Notes under the pieces: generated by a model
The model's database searches: none
Seen by the model: only the letters and a program-made list of their open reading frames with translations
Told to the model about the DNA's origin: nothing
Assembly: GCA_028286525.1 (NCBI GenBank)
Contig: JAQBRL010000022.1
Span: 1 to 42,078, forward strand
Length of the DNA: 42,078 nt
DNA from: Parcubacteria group bacterium
GTDB taxonomy: Bacteria > Patescibacteriota > Minisyncoccia > Phycocordibacterales > Phycocordibacteraceae
Direction: 5' to 3'
In this document: in pieces, positions 9,502 through 18,695 of the stretch
Numbering within the stretch: position 1 is the stretch's first letter
Layout: each line of letters starts with the position of its first letter
Made by a program: the position numbers and the translations under genes

Positions 9502-10500
9502 ATGAACCCGCAAGAGAACTCTTCGATACCATCTCCCATGCCAGCGCAGCCGACTCCTCCAAACCAAAATCGCGCGGTACGCAGAGCGCTCATCATTCTT
9601 GCGGCAGTCGTTCTGCTGGCTGCGCTTGGATACGCACTTGTGATGTATACGCCGGTAGGTGCACCGGTGACCGAAGCGTGGAGCATTATGACGCTTCCGA
9701 AAGAGCTGAAGAACGCGACCTTCATCGCTGACGGTGACGGAACCACGGCAATCTACCACATACACGGCTTTTCGTTCGTTGCAGAACGGGTGGCCGGTAG
9801 TCTCGTCTCTGTGGAGCAAGAGCCTGGCGGTATCGCACAGGTGATACATACTGCCACCAGCTACAACCTCATGGTCAATGGTAAACAAGTCTATGCCACC
9901 ACGTCGCCCGTACTGGGCGTGAGTATATCGCCCGATGGCTCAAAGGCAGTCATCGCAGTGCAATTCCAAGGAAAAGAAATCGGACCCTATGGAACGGCAC
10001 CCGGCATACATCCTCATCTCTGGACGATCGTTCTCCTGCATCTCGATGGTAACGGAGCGCCGCTTGCTCTCGGGAATGGAGTCGATCCATTGTATATGGA
10101 CGCGACACACATCATGCGTATTGCGCCGGTCGGCCTCGTCTCGGCAGATATGACCACAGGTGCGGCGACTATCGCCGCGCGGCATACCGTTACCGCTACG
10201 ATAGCGGCAGCGCTTATTTCTCCTGACCGTACCTACATGGCCTGGTTGGATGCGGACACCCATTCCTTTATGGTGTATCGCGTGGGTCCGGGTACCGCCG
10301 ACAAGATCGCGGAGATAAAGGATATCAATCCGAGAACCTCCTATGCGCTCGGGAATAATGCTCTGTACGTTATGCGTAGTACGGGAATGGAGAAGCCAAC
10401 GCAGATACGGAAAATCAATTTCAGTGGAGGAGCACCGTCGACCGTCGCGAGCGTGCCAGGGAATTTGCACATCTCCCGAATGCTTATCGGTTCATTATGA
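9502..10500 (+). CDS. Membrane-anchored beta-rich protein, paralog 2
   Basis: Same layout as 6545..7558 (PxEL..AxF, W.IV, LG.G..P..D.TH...APVGL, SPD, ISR.L.GSL end). Confidence 0.7.
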   Translation: MNPQENSSIPSPMPAQPTPPNQNRAVRRALIILAAVVLLAALGYALVMYTPVGAPVTEAWSIMTLPKELKNATFIADGDGTTAIYHIHGFSFVAERVAGSLVSVEQEPGGIAQVIHTATSYNLMVNGKQVYATTSPVLGVSISPDGSKAVIAVQFQGKEIGPYGTAPGIHPHLWTIVLLHLDGNGAPLALGNGVDPLYMDATHIMRIAPVGLVSADMTTGAATIAARHTVTATIAAALISPDRTYMAWLDADTHSFMVYRVGPGTADKIAEIKDINPRTSYALGNNALYVMRSTGMEKPTQIRKINFSGGAPSTVASVPGNLHISRMLIGSL

Positions 10501-10519
10501 TGAACATACTTACGCTCAT

Positions 10520-11722
10520 ATGAATCATCTCAAAAAACTCAAATACCTCCTCATACCTACTCTCCTCATTCTCTTTGCACTGGTAGTGGCAGTAAGTCAT
10601 TATACTTTCCCCGTGCAGGCGGGTGGCCTGTATAACCTCACGCTCGACGCGGTATATATGTCGGACCAGTGGCCACCGCCCCCATTCTCATGGGGCGACT
10701 GCCAATTCCTCCAGTGCAATGGCCCGGCCGATGTGGGGAAGACGTGCGAAACCCACGAGCGCTCGAATTTCTACTATTGTTATAACGGCGACACGGGTAA
10801 TTGCGGCAATCAAGCGGACTCCACATATTCCTGCAAAGGGCCTCCCTCCTGTGTGCCGGACAATTCTTGTGCGACCAATACCTGTAACACCACGAGCTGT
10901 GGTGACGGGTGCGGCGGGCAGGTAATTGGAACGAAAGTGTGCGGCCCGGTGTGCTCGCCCCTTATGGGCCAGGCCTGCAACCCCCTGAATTCCTGCAGCA
11001 TGGGTAATCCTGGTGGCCCGGGTACCCGCTTGTGCGATGGGTCCTGCTCGGTATCCGCGCCGCCCGACTCCTCCTGTCCTGCTACCTGCACCCCTTCCTA
11101 TTGCGACTCTGCAGCGAACATTTGCAGTGGGGACACCTGCACGGTAACCGCAAGTGACTGCAGTACTGCCGTAGTCTCCGGAACGAAAGACTGCGCTGCA
11201 CCTCCTGGGGCCACGGCAACACTCAGCGCGACGCCTACCAGCATACCGCTCGGAAGTTCCGCCACGCTTACGTGGAATTCCACGAATGCGCCTTCATGCA
11301 CCGGCTCGGGCTTCGTCACGGGAGGCGCCCCGAATGGTTCTATAAGCGTCTCGCCAGCCGTTACTACCACGTACCATGTCACGTGCGGGGGCGCGACATC
11401 CCTACCAGTCACCGTCACGGTTACCGCAGGAGCCTGTACCGCCGGACCCGTTTCGCTTACGGTGACTCCCGATCGAGTACAGACCGGAGTACCGACGAGC
11501 GTCACGTTCACCTCGAGCGCGCCGAGCGCGCTCGGCAATTGCACGCTCTCGGGCCCGGGTATGAGCACCCAGACCTACACACCATCGTCGTGTTCCGTCC
11601 CTCCTACTGCCTACAAGCCCATGCTTACGCTTACCGATCAGTCGACCTATACGCTTGCATGCCCCGGCGGTCGCACCAGTCAGGTGATCGTGAACATAGT
11701 GCCGAAATACAAGGAGTTCTAG
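10520..11722 (+). CDS. Secreted Cys-rich/Ig-like protein, paralog of 7569..9440
   Basis: Signal peptide ending VQA, Cys modules, Ig-like TLSA.PTSI..G.SATLTW; ends VIVNIVPKYKEF. Confidence 0.8.
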   Translation: MNHLKKLKYLLIPTLLILFALVVAVSHYTFPVQAGGLYNLTLDAVYMSDQWPPPPFSWGDCQFLQCNGPADVGKTCETHERSNFYYCYNGDTGNCGNQADSTYSCKGPPSCVPDNSCATNTCNTTSCGDGCGGQVIGTKVCGPVCSPLMGQACNPLNSCSMGNPGGPGTRLCDGSCSVSAPPDSSCPATCTPSYCDSAANICSGDTCTVTASDCSTAVVSGTKDCAAPPGATATLSATPTSIPLGSSATLTWNSTNAPSCTGSGFVTGGAPNGSISVSPAVTTTYHVTCGGATSLPVTVTVTAGACTAGPVSLTVTPDRVQTGVPTSVTFTSSAPSALGNCTLSGPGMSTQTYTPSSCSVPPTAYKPMLTLTDQSTYTLACPGGRTSQVIVNIVPKYKEF

Positions 11723-11723
11723 C

Positions 11724-11843
11724 GAACCCCGTGGAATCCTCCCCATACTGCGTTATGGGTCCCATCGCCTCACTTCGTCGTATCTTCGAATACGCCTCGC
11801 TCGGCGATTTCCCGTGCCTTATCTGAATGATTCCACGGGGTTC
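11724..11843 (-). repeat. Structured intergenic repeat, family 1, copy B
   Basis: 15-bp perfect TIR gaaccccgtggaatc/gattccacggggttc; minus strand reads AAGGCACGG..GAGCGAGGCGTAT-loop-ATACG..CCATAACGCAG. Confidence 0.8.
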
Positions 11844-11899
11844 TGGGCTACAGTGGCCGGATTGAAGGAAAAACAGGCCTGTGATAGGCTAGGGGAACT

Positions 11900-12601
11900 A
11901 TGGATACGAATACGACTACGGGCCCCGGAGTGGCTCGCCTCTTTGAGGCGGGTGCCCACTTCGCGCAAGTAAAGAGCCGCAGGCACCCCTCTATGCGCAC
12001 CTTCGTGCTCGGAGCCAAGGGTGCGGTCGAGATCTTCGACTTGGTGAAGACCGATGCCCAGCTCGCGCAGGCGAAGGCGGTCATGGCGGCGCTCGCCCGC
12101 GATGGCAAGACCGTCCTTATTGTGGGAGGCAAGCGGGAGGCTTCGGACGCGGTACGCGCCATGGGCACGCGCCTCGCGCAGCCCTTCGTGGCGGGCCGCT
12201 GGCTCGGCGGTACCATCACGAACTTCGTGGAGATAAAGAAGCGTATCGACCGCCTCGCGGACCTTTCGGAGAAGCGCGAGAGCGGGGAACTGGGCAAGAT
12301 CTACACGAAGCTCGAGCGCATTCGCATCGACCGTGAAATAGATCGCCTGCAGGAGCGCCTCGAAGGCGTGAAGACGCTTGCGAAGCGTCCTGACGCGCTC
12401 ATCATCGTGGATACGAAGCATGAATCGCACGCGACCAAGGAGGCGAAGCAGGCAGGCATTCCGGTCATCGCCGTGATGAGCTCGGACTGCGATCTCAAGG
12501 ATGCGACATATCCTATCGTTACGAACGATGCATCGCGCACCGCCATCTCGCTCATTCTCTCGGAACTCGCTTCGGCATTCGAGCAGGGAGTGAAAGCGTA
12601 A
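11900..12601 (+). CDS. rpsB: 30S ribosomal protein S2
   Basis: LFEAGAHF, RWLGGTITNF, EAKQAGIPVIA, YPIVTND. Confidence 0.96.
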   Translation: MDTNTTTGPGVARLFEAGAHFAQVKSRRHPSMRTFVLGAKGAVEIFDLVKTDAQLAQAKAVMAALARDGKTVLIVGGKREASDAVRAMGTRLAQPFVAGRWLGGTITNFVEIKKRIDRLADLSEKRESGELGKIYTKLERIRIDREIDRLQERLEGVKTLAKRPDALIIVDTKHESHATKEAKQAGIPVIAVMSSDCDLKDATYPIVTNDASRTAISLILSELASAFEQGVKA

Positions 12602-12649
12602 GCGTTCACCCCCGTTCCCCTTTATACTTTCTATTTTAGACCTTTCCCT

Positions 12650-13234
12650 ATGGACATATCGATCGATACCGTTAAAGAACTGCGAGAAAAAACAGGGCTT
12701 TCCATCATGCAGTGCAAGAAAGCGCTCGAGGAAGCCGGTGGCGACGTGGAGAAGGCGGAGGTCATTTTGCGTAAGAGAAGCAGCGAAGCGGCGGATAAGA
12801 AATCCGATCGCGAGATAGGGGCTGGAGCCGTGGGTATGTATCTGCACGATAAGGCGATCGGGGCTATGGTGCTCCTTTCCTCCGAGACCGATTTCGTATC
12901 GAAGAATCCCGACTTCGAAGCGCTCGCGCGCGAGCTCGCCATGCAGGTCGCAGCGACCAATCCGCAGTACCTCACGAGCGAAGAAATAGCGCCTGAAGCG
13001 CGTACCGCGGCGGAAGCCGTCTTCAAGGAAGAAGTGAAGGATAAACCGGTCGAGATGCAGGAGAAGATACTTGCCGGAAAGATGGAGAGCTATTTCCGCG
13101 ATTCAGTGCTGCTCAATCAGTCGTACATCAAGGATGAGAGCAAGACCATCAAGCAGTTGATCGATGAGGCATCCCAGAAGTTCGGGGAGCGGGTAGAAAT
13201 ATCCCAGTTCGCACGCTTCTCCGCCCGCGGGTAG
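12650..13234 (+). CDS. tsf: Elongation factor Ts (short form)
   Basis: VKELREKTGLSIMQCKKAL, SETDFV; follows rpsB. Confidence 0.96.
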   Translation: MDISIDTVKELREKTGLSIMQCKKALEEAGGDVEKAEVILRKRSSEAADKKSDREIGAGAVGMYLHDKAIGAMVLLSSETDFVSKNPDFEALARELAMQVAATNPQYLTSEEIAPEARTAAEAVFKEEVKDKPVEMQEKILAGKMESYFRDSVLLNQSYIKDESKTIKQLIDEASQKFGERVEISQFARFSARG

Positions 13235-13249
13235 CGCGCGAGCTCATCT

Positions 13250-13645
13250 ATGAGCTACCTTGTCGCCGTCCTCGCCTCGCTCCTCCTCCTGGTCGGTTTC
13301 GTCATGTGGTCATGGCTCGAGACCCGTACCGGGTTCCGGCTATTCCCGCGCTCTCGGCGCCGCTTCGATAGCAAAGTCGCCCGTACCGCCTTCGTCATCC
13401 GTCACATCGACTGGGCCGCCTTCTTCCAGCATCTGGCGCGTTCGAGCGCCGAACGCATCGCGCATGACCTCGTGCACACGACGCTCATCGTGGTGCGCGC
13501 TATGGAACGCATGCTGACGCGCACCATACGGACGCTGCGCGAGCGCGTGGCGCAAAGCGCCGAGGATGGTCCGCCCGTGGAAGGCTCGCAGCTGATCGCG
13601 ACCATCGTCCGGTTCCGTAAGAGCTTCAAACGCGACCAGAAATAA
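13250..13645 (+). CDS. Hypothetical membrane protein
   Basis: N-terminal TM helix and basic helical body; 15 bp after tsf. Confidence 0.7.
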   Translation: MSYLVAVLASLLLLVGFVMWSWLETRTGFRLFPRSRRRFDSKVARTAFVIRHIDWAAFFQHLARSSAERIAHDLVHTTLIVVRAMERMLTRTIRTLRERVAQSAEDGPPVEGSQLIATIVRFRKSFKRDQK

Positions 13646-13675
13646 AGAAACCGCCTCCAGGCGGTTTCTTTATTT
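13640..13675. terminator. Bidirectional intrinsic terminator
   Basis: aaataaagaaaccgcc-tcca-ggcggtttctttattt between a CDS and a convergent tRNA. Confidence 0.8.
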
Positions 13676-13751
13676 TGGAGCCGCCTCCCAGGCTCGAACT
13701 GGGGACCTTCACTTTACAAAAGTGTTGCTCTACCAACTGAGCTAAGGCGGC
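13676..13751 (-). tRNA. tRNA-Thr(UGU)
   Basis: Cloverleaf GCCGCCT/AGGCGGC, D arm GCTC-AGTTGGTA-GAGC, anticodon loop TT-TGT-AA, T loop TTCGAGC, encoded CCA. Confidence 0.95.
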
Positions 13752-13775
13752 ATGTATTTCCTGAATCCAAAACAC

Positions 13776-13897
13776 TGTTGCTCTACTCCCAAACGAGCCG
13801 AGTCCATATGAGTATCGGAGATACTCATATGCGAGGCAAGTGCAGGGAGCAAGCTGGCTGTTCCTACGGCTCAGCGTACCAACTGAGCTAAGGCGGC
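13776..13897 (-). pseudogene. tRNA-Thr 5'-half remnant interrupted by a 90-bp insertion
   Basis: 13877-13897 equals tRNA 13731-13751, 13776-13786 equals 13723-13733, and the insert is flanked by duplicated TAC. Confidence 0.7.
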
Positions 13898-13913
13898 GTA
13901 TGCGCACATTATA

Positions 13914-14618
13914 CTATTTCGTTGTCCTTGTCGTCGTGGCCTTGCTTGCGGTCGAGGAGGCGGTCGAGGTCGCGAAGAGGGCTTTCGGGAAGCGGGTCTC
14001 GAAGTCTTCAAGCGTCGTAAAGCCATAGGAACGCTTTCCGTTTATCACGAAGGCAGGGAATTTCTGCTGCACCTTCTCCACGGCGATAAGCGTCTTGAGC
14101 GCCCCGAGGTCCAGATCGTAATCGAAGGAATACACCCGCAAGCTCGGATAGGTCTGATGGAGGTACGAAAGGGAATAGCTCGCACGCTCGCAATTCTCGC
14201 AGGTGCCGGGCACGTTCGAATAGAAATACAGCGCGACGGTCGGGGTGAGATGGCAGGTCTTCGTGAGCTGCTGCGTGAGGAGGTAATCGCGTATCTGGAG
14301 CAGGGTGTACTGCTTCTTCAGGTCTATCACCTGAGCGTTCTTACTGCCCAGCCTGCTCTCCGCTCCCGCGAGCCTATCACCGAGAGCCGAAACCTCTTGG
14401 GAGAGCTCGGTGCCTGCCGTGAGGTCCTCGCAGGGGGCGTTCTCAAGCAGGGAGAACTGCGTCTCGAGCGAGAGCGTATCGGTGGCGAGCTGGGTCTGTA
14501 TGGCGGTCAGTTCCGCGAGCCGCTGGCGGTCGAGGTAGTTAATGGCGTATATGACCGTTCCGATGATGGCGACCGTGATGGCGAAGGCAAGGAGGGCGTT
14601 ACGGAGCGGGAGGGGCAT
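13914..14618 (-). CDS. Membrane-anchored coiled-coil plus thioredoxin-like (CxxC) protein
   Basis: N-terminal TM, helical region, LYFYS..CENC, RVYSFD, FPAFVING. Confidence 0.75.
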   Translation of the reverse strand: MPLPLRNALLAFAITVAIIGTVIYAINYLDRQRLAELTAIQTQLATDTLSLETQFSLLENAPCEDLTAGTELSQEVSALGDRLAGAESRLGSKNAQVIDLKKQYTLLQIRDYLLTQQLTKTCHLTPTVALYFYSNVPGTCENCERASYSLSYLHQTYPSLRVYSFDYDLDLGALKTLIAVEKVQQKFPAFVINGKRSYGFTTLEDFETRFPKALFATSTASSTASKATTTRTTK

Positions 14619-14636
14619 AAAATTGATACTAGCAGA

Positions 14637-15875
14637 CTACCTCCAAGCCCGCTTGGTGCCGGTAGCCACGTCGGTTAATGCCCGTACCAGCCAGAACGGC
14701 GCGATGAGTCCGTACAGCAGCGCGTACCCGATAATGCTCATCGTAAGGTCGGTCTTGGTATTCGATACCCGTTGGCCCATGAGAATGAACGAGGTAGAGA
14801 TGATCATCACCACGATGGAAAGGAAGGTAATGAAGCTCACGGGTGCATAGAGCCACTCAAGCGAGAAGCGAGGCATGAGGATGTAGGTAAGGGGTACTCC
14901 GGAGGTCACCAGGATCGTGTGGATGAGGTCCCCGCCGAGCAGCGCGAGCGCGAGGATGAAAAGACCGACGCCGCCGATAACCGCGACGAACCCGAGCGGG
15001 AGCACGAGAAGCCCCAGCACCCCGTACGAAGGATTGGCCACCAGGTCGCGGTAGTCGCCCATCACGTTGCGCAGGAATCCGGTGGTCCAGCGCGTGCGCT
15101 GCTTGATGAGCTTGGTCACGTGACGGGGCACTTTCGTATAGACGCGCGCGCGCGGCGCGTTCTCTATCTCGTAGCCTGCCCGCTGCATGCGCAGCGCCAT
15201 CTCCATGTCCTCCGCCTGGTGCGCGTGACGGAAGCCGCCCACTTTCTCGATAACGGAACGGCGGTACAGCGAGAAAGGCCCTGGCGTCACGTAAATGCCG
15301 TTCACCGCCGAAAGCGCATGGCGCAGCGCGATACCGAAGATGTACTCGGCATTCTGCATTCGTTCAAGGAGATTCTTCGGCTCGAAGACCGACATGGCAG
15401 GAGTGCTCGCGGCCACCTGGGGATCCTCGAACGCCGCCATCATCTCGCGGAGCGCATCCGGAGCGACGAATGAGTCGGCGTCGAGGCAGCCGACGAATTC
15501 GCAATCGGAAGCGATTTCGATGCCTGCATTGATGGCGGTGTGCTTACCGCCGTTCTCTTTATGGATGACCGTTATCTGCGGGTTCGAGCGATAGGACTCC
15601 ATCACCGTCTTCGTATTATCGGTCGAGCCGTCGTTCACGAGAATGAGGCGCAATTGGCTTTTCGGATATTCAAGATTGAGAAGGGATTCGACGGTACCGC
15701 CGATGGTGCTCTCTTCGTTCCAGCAGGGAACGATGATGGCGACCTTCGGCGCCTTGTCGGTGGCCGGCCGCAGGCGCCGCGCCCGAGCAGGGGCCGAGAG
15801 GAACGTAAGCAGCATGAAGACCTCGAAATAGAGGCCGAGGAATATAAATGGATATGCTAGGACTTCCAGATGCAT
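14637..15875 (-). CDS. Processive GT2 glycosyltransferase (PgaC/IcaA/cellulose synthase-like)
   Basis: VPCWNEE, NDGSTD, LDAD, EDME, QRTRW (QxxRW) and flanking TM helices. Confidence 0.9.
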   Translation of the reverse strand: MHLEVLAYPFIFLGLYFEVFMLLTFLSAPARARRLRPATDKAPKVAIIVPCWNEESTIGGTVESLLNLEYPKSQLRLILVNDGSTDNTKTVMESYRSNPQITVIHKENGGKHTAINAGIEIASDCEFVGCLDADSFVAPDALREMMAAFEDPQVAASTPAMSVFEPKNLLERMQNAEYIFGIALRHALSAVNGIYVTPGPFSLYRRSVIEKVGGFRHAHQAEDMEMALRMQRAGYEIENAPRARVYTKVPRHVTKLIKQRTRWTTGFLRNVMGDYRDLVANPSYGVLGLLVLPLGFVAVIGGVGLFILALALLGGDLIHTILVTSGVPLTYILMPRFSLEWLYAPVSFITFLSIVVMIISTSFILMGQRVSNTKTDLTMSIIGYALLYGLIAPFWLVRALTDVATGTKRAWR

Positions 15876-15882
15876 AGTGAGT

Positions 15883-16004
15883 GGACCCGCTAAAATCCGC
15901 AGCTGCTTTGTTGCGGACACCTGTCCAGCTCATCCGTCGTACTATGAGTACGCCTCCTTCGCTGGCCTGTCCGCGCCTTGCATCTACTGATTTTCGCAGT
16001 GTCC
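15883..16004 (-). repeat. Structured intergenic repeat, family 1, copy C
   Basis: Minus strand reads ggacactgcgaaaatc..AAGGCGCGG..GGAGGCGTAC-loop-GTACG..CCGCAACAAAG..gattttagcgggtcc. Confidence 0.75.
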
Positions 16005-16070
16005 TGTGGCATTCAGCATAGCAAAATAAGCCTATATTTTCTAGTTTTTGGCGTGTATACTCGTTCGTAT

Positions 16071-16793
16071 ATGCCTCCCGGCCGCTTGCATCCCATCAGC
16101 GTCGCTATCCGCGAGTTCGCGGAGATATTCGGCCGCATGGGCTTCAATATCGAGTACGGTCCTGAGCTCGAAGACGAGTGGCACAATTTCACCGCCTTGA
16201 ATGTCCCGGCCGATCATCCGGCGCGCGATATGCAGGACACGTTCTGGACCAAAGAAGCCACGCCGCGCACCCCCCGTACGCACACGACTTCCGTCACCAT
16301 CCGCCTCTTGGAAAAGATGGCTGCCGAAGGTCTCACCACGTATCGCGCTATCGCGCCGGCGAAAGTATTCCGGAATGAAGCGACCGACACGACGCATGAG
16401 GCGCAGTTCTATCAGCTCGACGGGTTCGCCGCAGGTCCCGATATCACTCTGGCGCATTTGAAGGGGACGCTGGAGCGTCTCTATCGCGAATACTTCGGAC
16501 CGGACGCACAGATACGTTTTCGCCCGAGCTACTTCCCATTCACCGAGCCATCGGTAGAAGTCGATATGTGGTGGCAGGCACCGGGGAAAGAAGGACGCTG
16601 GCTCGAGATGTGCGGCGCGGGCATGCTGCATCCGAATGTGATAGCCAACGCCGGCCTCGATCCCGAGAAGATACAAGGCTTCGCGTTCGGCGGCGGACTC
16701 GAACGGCTCGTGATGGTGAAATACGGCATCCCGGACGTACGTCTTTTCCATGGCGGCGACATCCGCTTCACCGAAGCATTCTCGCGTACGTAG
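16071..16793 (+). CDS. pheS: Phenylalanine-tRNA ligase alpha subunit (lacks N-terminal coiled coil)
   Basis: GRLHP, NFTALN, HPARDMQDTF, FRPSYFPFTEPS, GFAFGGGLERL. Confidence 0.95.
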   Translation: MPPGRLHPISVAIREFAEIFGRMGFNIEYGPELEDEWHNFTALNVPADHPARDMQDTFWTKEATPRTPRTHTTSVTIRLLEKMAAEGLTTYRAIAPAKVFRNEATDTTHEAQFYQLDGFAAGPDITLAHLKGTLERLYREYFGPDAQIRFRPSYFPFTEPSVEVDMWWQAPGKEGRWLEMCGAGMLHPNVIANAGLDPEKIQGFAFGGGLERLVMVKYGIPDVRLFHGGDIRFTEAFSRT

Positions 16794-16795
16794 CC

Positions 16796-18694
16796 ATGAA
16801 AGTCTCACCTGCCTGGCTCCAGAAATTCTTTGCCGCTCCGCTCCCGAACGCGGAGGCTATAGCTGACGCGCTCACTTTCCATGCCGCCGAGGTCGAGGAG
16901 ATAACGCCGACCTATATCGATGTGAAGGTACTACCTGACCGGGCCGCCTACATGCTCTCGCATCGCGGGGTCGCGCTCGAGCTTTCCGCAGCGCTCGGAA
17001 CCCCTATGAGCACCGACCCGCTGCGTGAGCCCATAGGCGAATTTCCGAGCACGGACGCGCTCGCTATTTCGATAGAGGACCCGGAGAAATGCCGTCGCTA
17101 CATGGCTGCCTTGGTGAAAGGAGTGAAGGTCGGACCTTCTCCCGCGTGGCTCAAGGAAGCGCTTGAATCGGTAGGGCAGCGCTCCATCAATAATGTGGTC
17201 GACGCGACGAATTACGTGATGCTCAATATCGGGCAGCCGCTCCACGCATTCGATGCGAAGAGCTTTACGGCGGAGAGCGGGACGTACACGGTGGGCGTGC
17301 GCGGAGCGCGAGCGGGAGAAACGTTCGTCACGCTTACCGGAGAAGCGTACGAACTTCCGGAAGGGGCGCTGCTGGTGACCGACGCGCATACGGATATCCC
17401 GCTGGATATCGGTGGGATAAAGGGCGGGAAGGCGGCAGGCATCACCGAGGCGACCGTTGATATCATTCTCGAGGCAGCGAATTTCGACGCGACGACCATC
17501 CGCCGTACGGCGCAAACCCTCAAGCTCTTCACCGACGCGTCGAGCCGCTTTCAGAATCGTCCATCGCCCGCGCTCGTACCCTACGGGATACGGGATGCGC
17601 TCGCGCTCATACTCGAACTTGCTGGCGGTGAACTCATAGGGGTGAGGGATGAATACCCAGCCCCCGTAGAGGTCCAACCGGTCACCACCTCGCTTGCAAA
17701 GCTCAACGGCAGGCTCGGGTCTTCCTTCACGCTTGTCGAAGTGCGCAGCGTGTTCGACCGGCTCGGGTTCACCTATAGCGAGGCGGAGGATGCCTTTACG
17801 GTGCTGCCGCCGTTCGAGCGCAGGGACATCGTCATCACGGACGATCTCGCCGAAGAAGTGGCGCGTATCCTTGGGTATGACCGCATTCCTTCCAGCGATC
17901 TGCCGGGGGTACCTTCGCTTCCTGAACAGACGAAATTCCGCGGCATCGAGCGCATCCGTGATTTCCTCGTCGAACGCGGCTTCATCGAGGTGAGCACCCC
18001 GTCCTTCGATGCGAGCGGCGAGATAGAGCTTGCCAATCCGCTTCAGCAGGATCGCCCCTGGTTGCGTGCATCGCTCCTTCCGACCCTCAAGGAGGCGCTC
18101 GCGCGAGCGGTACCCCAGGCACCGCGAACCCTGGGTACCGCACCGCTCGTGAAAGTATTCGAAGTAGGGACCGCGTTCACTGCGGACGGGGAGTACACCC
18201 TCGTGGCGCTCGCTGTTCATGCGCTTGCCGGTACGGGAGCGCAGGAGGCGCTTAAGGAAAATGTCGCCACCATCGAGCAGGAGCTGCTCCAGAATCCGGG
18301 AAAGGCACGCTTCGCGCTGGACGCGAACGCGGTAGAGATACTGCTCACGGACGAGGATCTTGTACGGCTCGGAGAAGGGTATGAGCTGGCACCGGTTGCT
18401 CACGGCGCATTCGAAGCATTTTCAATATATCCTTTCGCGCTCCGCGATATCGCGGTATGGACTCCTGCGGGAACGTCGCAGGAAGCGATCGAATCCATCA
18501 TTCGCACGCATGCCGGTACGCTTCTGGTTCGCGTAGATCTGTTCGATACGTTCGAGAAAGAGGGTCGGATCTCCTACGCCTTCCGGCTCGTGTTCGAGTC
18601 GCCCGATAAGACGCTTTCCGATACCGAGCTTACTCCGGTGATGGAGAAGATAACGCAAGCGTTGAACGCCACCGCCGGCTTCCAGGTCCGTTAG
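16796..18694 (+). CDS. pheT: Phenylalanine-tRNA ligase beta subunit (B2 OB domain absent)
   Basis: INNVVDATNYVM, GQPLHAFD, RRDI..DDLAEEVARILGY, C-terminal FDX-ACB region YP..RDIA. Confidence 0.93.
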   Translation: MKVSPAWLQKFFAAPLPNAEAIADALTFHAAEVEEITPTYIDVKVLPDRAAYMLSHRGVALELSAALGTPMSTDPLREPIGEFPSTDALAISIEDPEKCRRYMAALVKGVKVGPSPAWLKEALESVGQRSINNVVDATNYVMLNIGQPLHAFDAKSFTAESGTYTVGVRGARAGETFVTLTGEAYELPEGALLVTDAHTDIPLDIGGIKGGKAAGITEATVDIILEAANFDATTIRRTAQTLKLFTDASSRFQNRPSPALVPYGIRDALALILELAGGELIGVRDEYPAPVEVQPVTTSLAKLNGRLGSSFTLVEVRSVFDRLGFTYSEAEDAFTVLPPFERRDIVITDDLAEEVARILGYDRIPSSDLPGVPSLPEQTKFRGIERIRDFLVERGFIEVSTPSFDASGEIELANPLQQDRPWLRASLLPTLKEALARAVPQAPRTLGTAPLVKVFEVGTAFTADGEYTLVALAVHALAGTGAQEALKENVATIEQELLQNPGKARFALDANAVEILLTDEDLVRLGEGYELAPVAHGAFEAFSIYPFALRDIAVWTPAGTSQEAIESIIRTHAGTLLVRVDLFDTFEKEGRISYAFRLVFESPDKTLSDTELTPVMEKITQALNATAGFQVR

Positions 18695-18695
18695 C

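Noticed and set aside
13676-13897. tRNA direct repeat as a prophage or island att site
   Set aside because: The repeat is the 5' end, the copies are only 146 bp apart, and there is no integrase in the window
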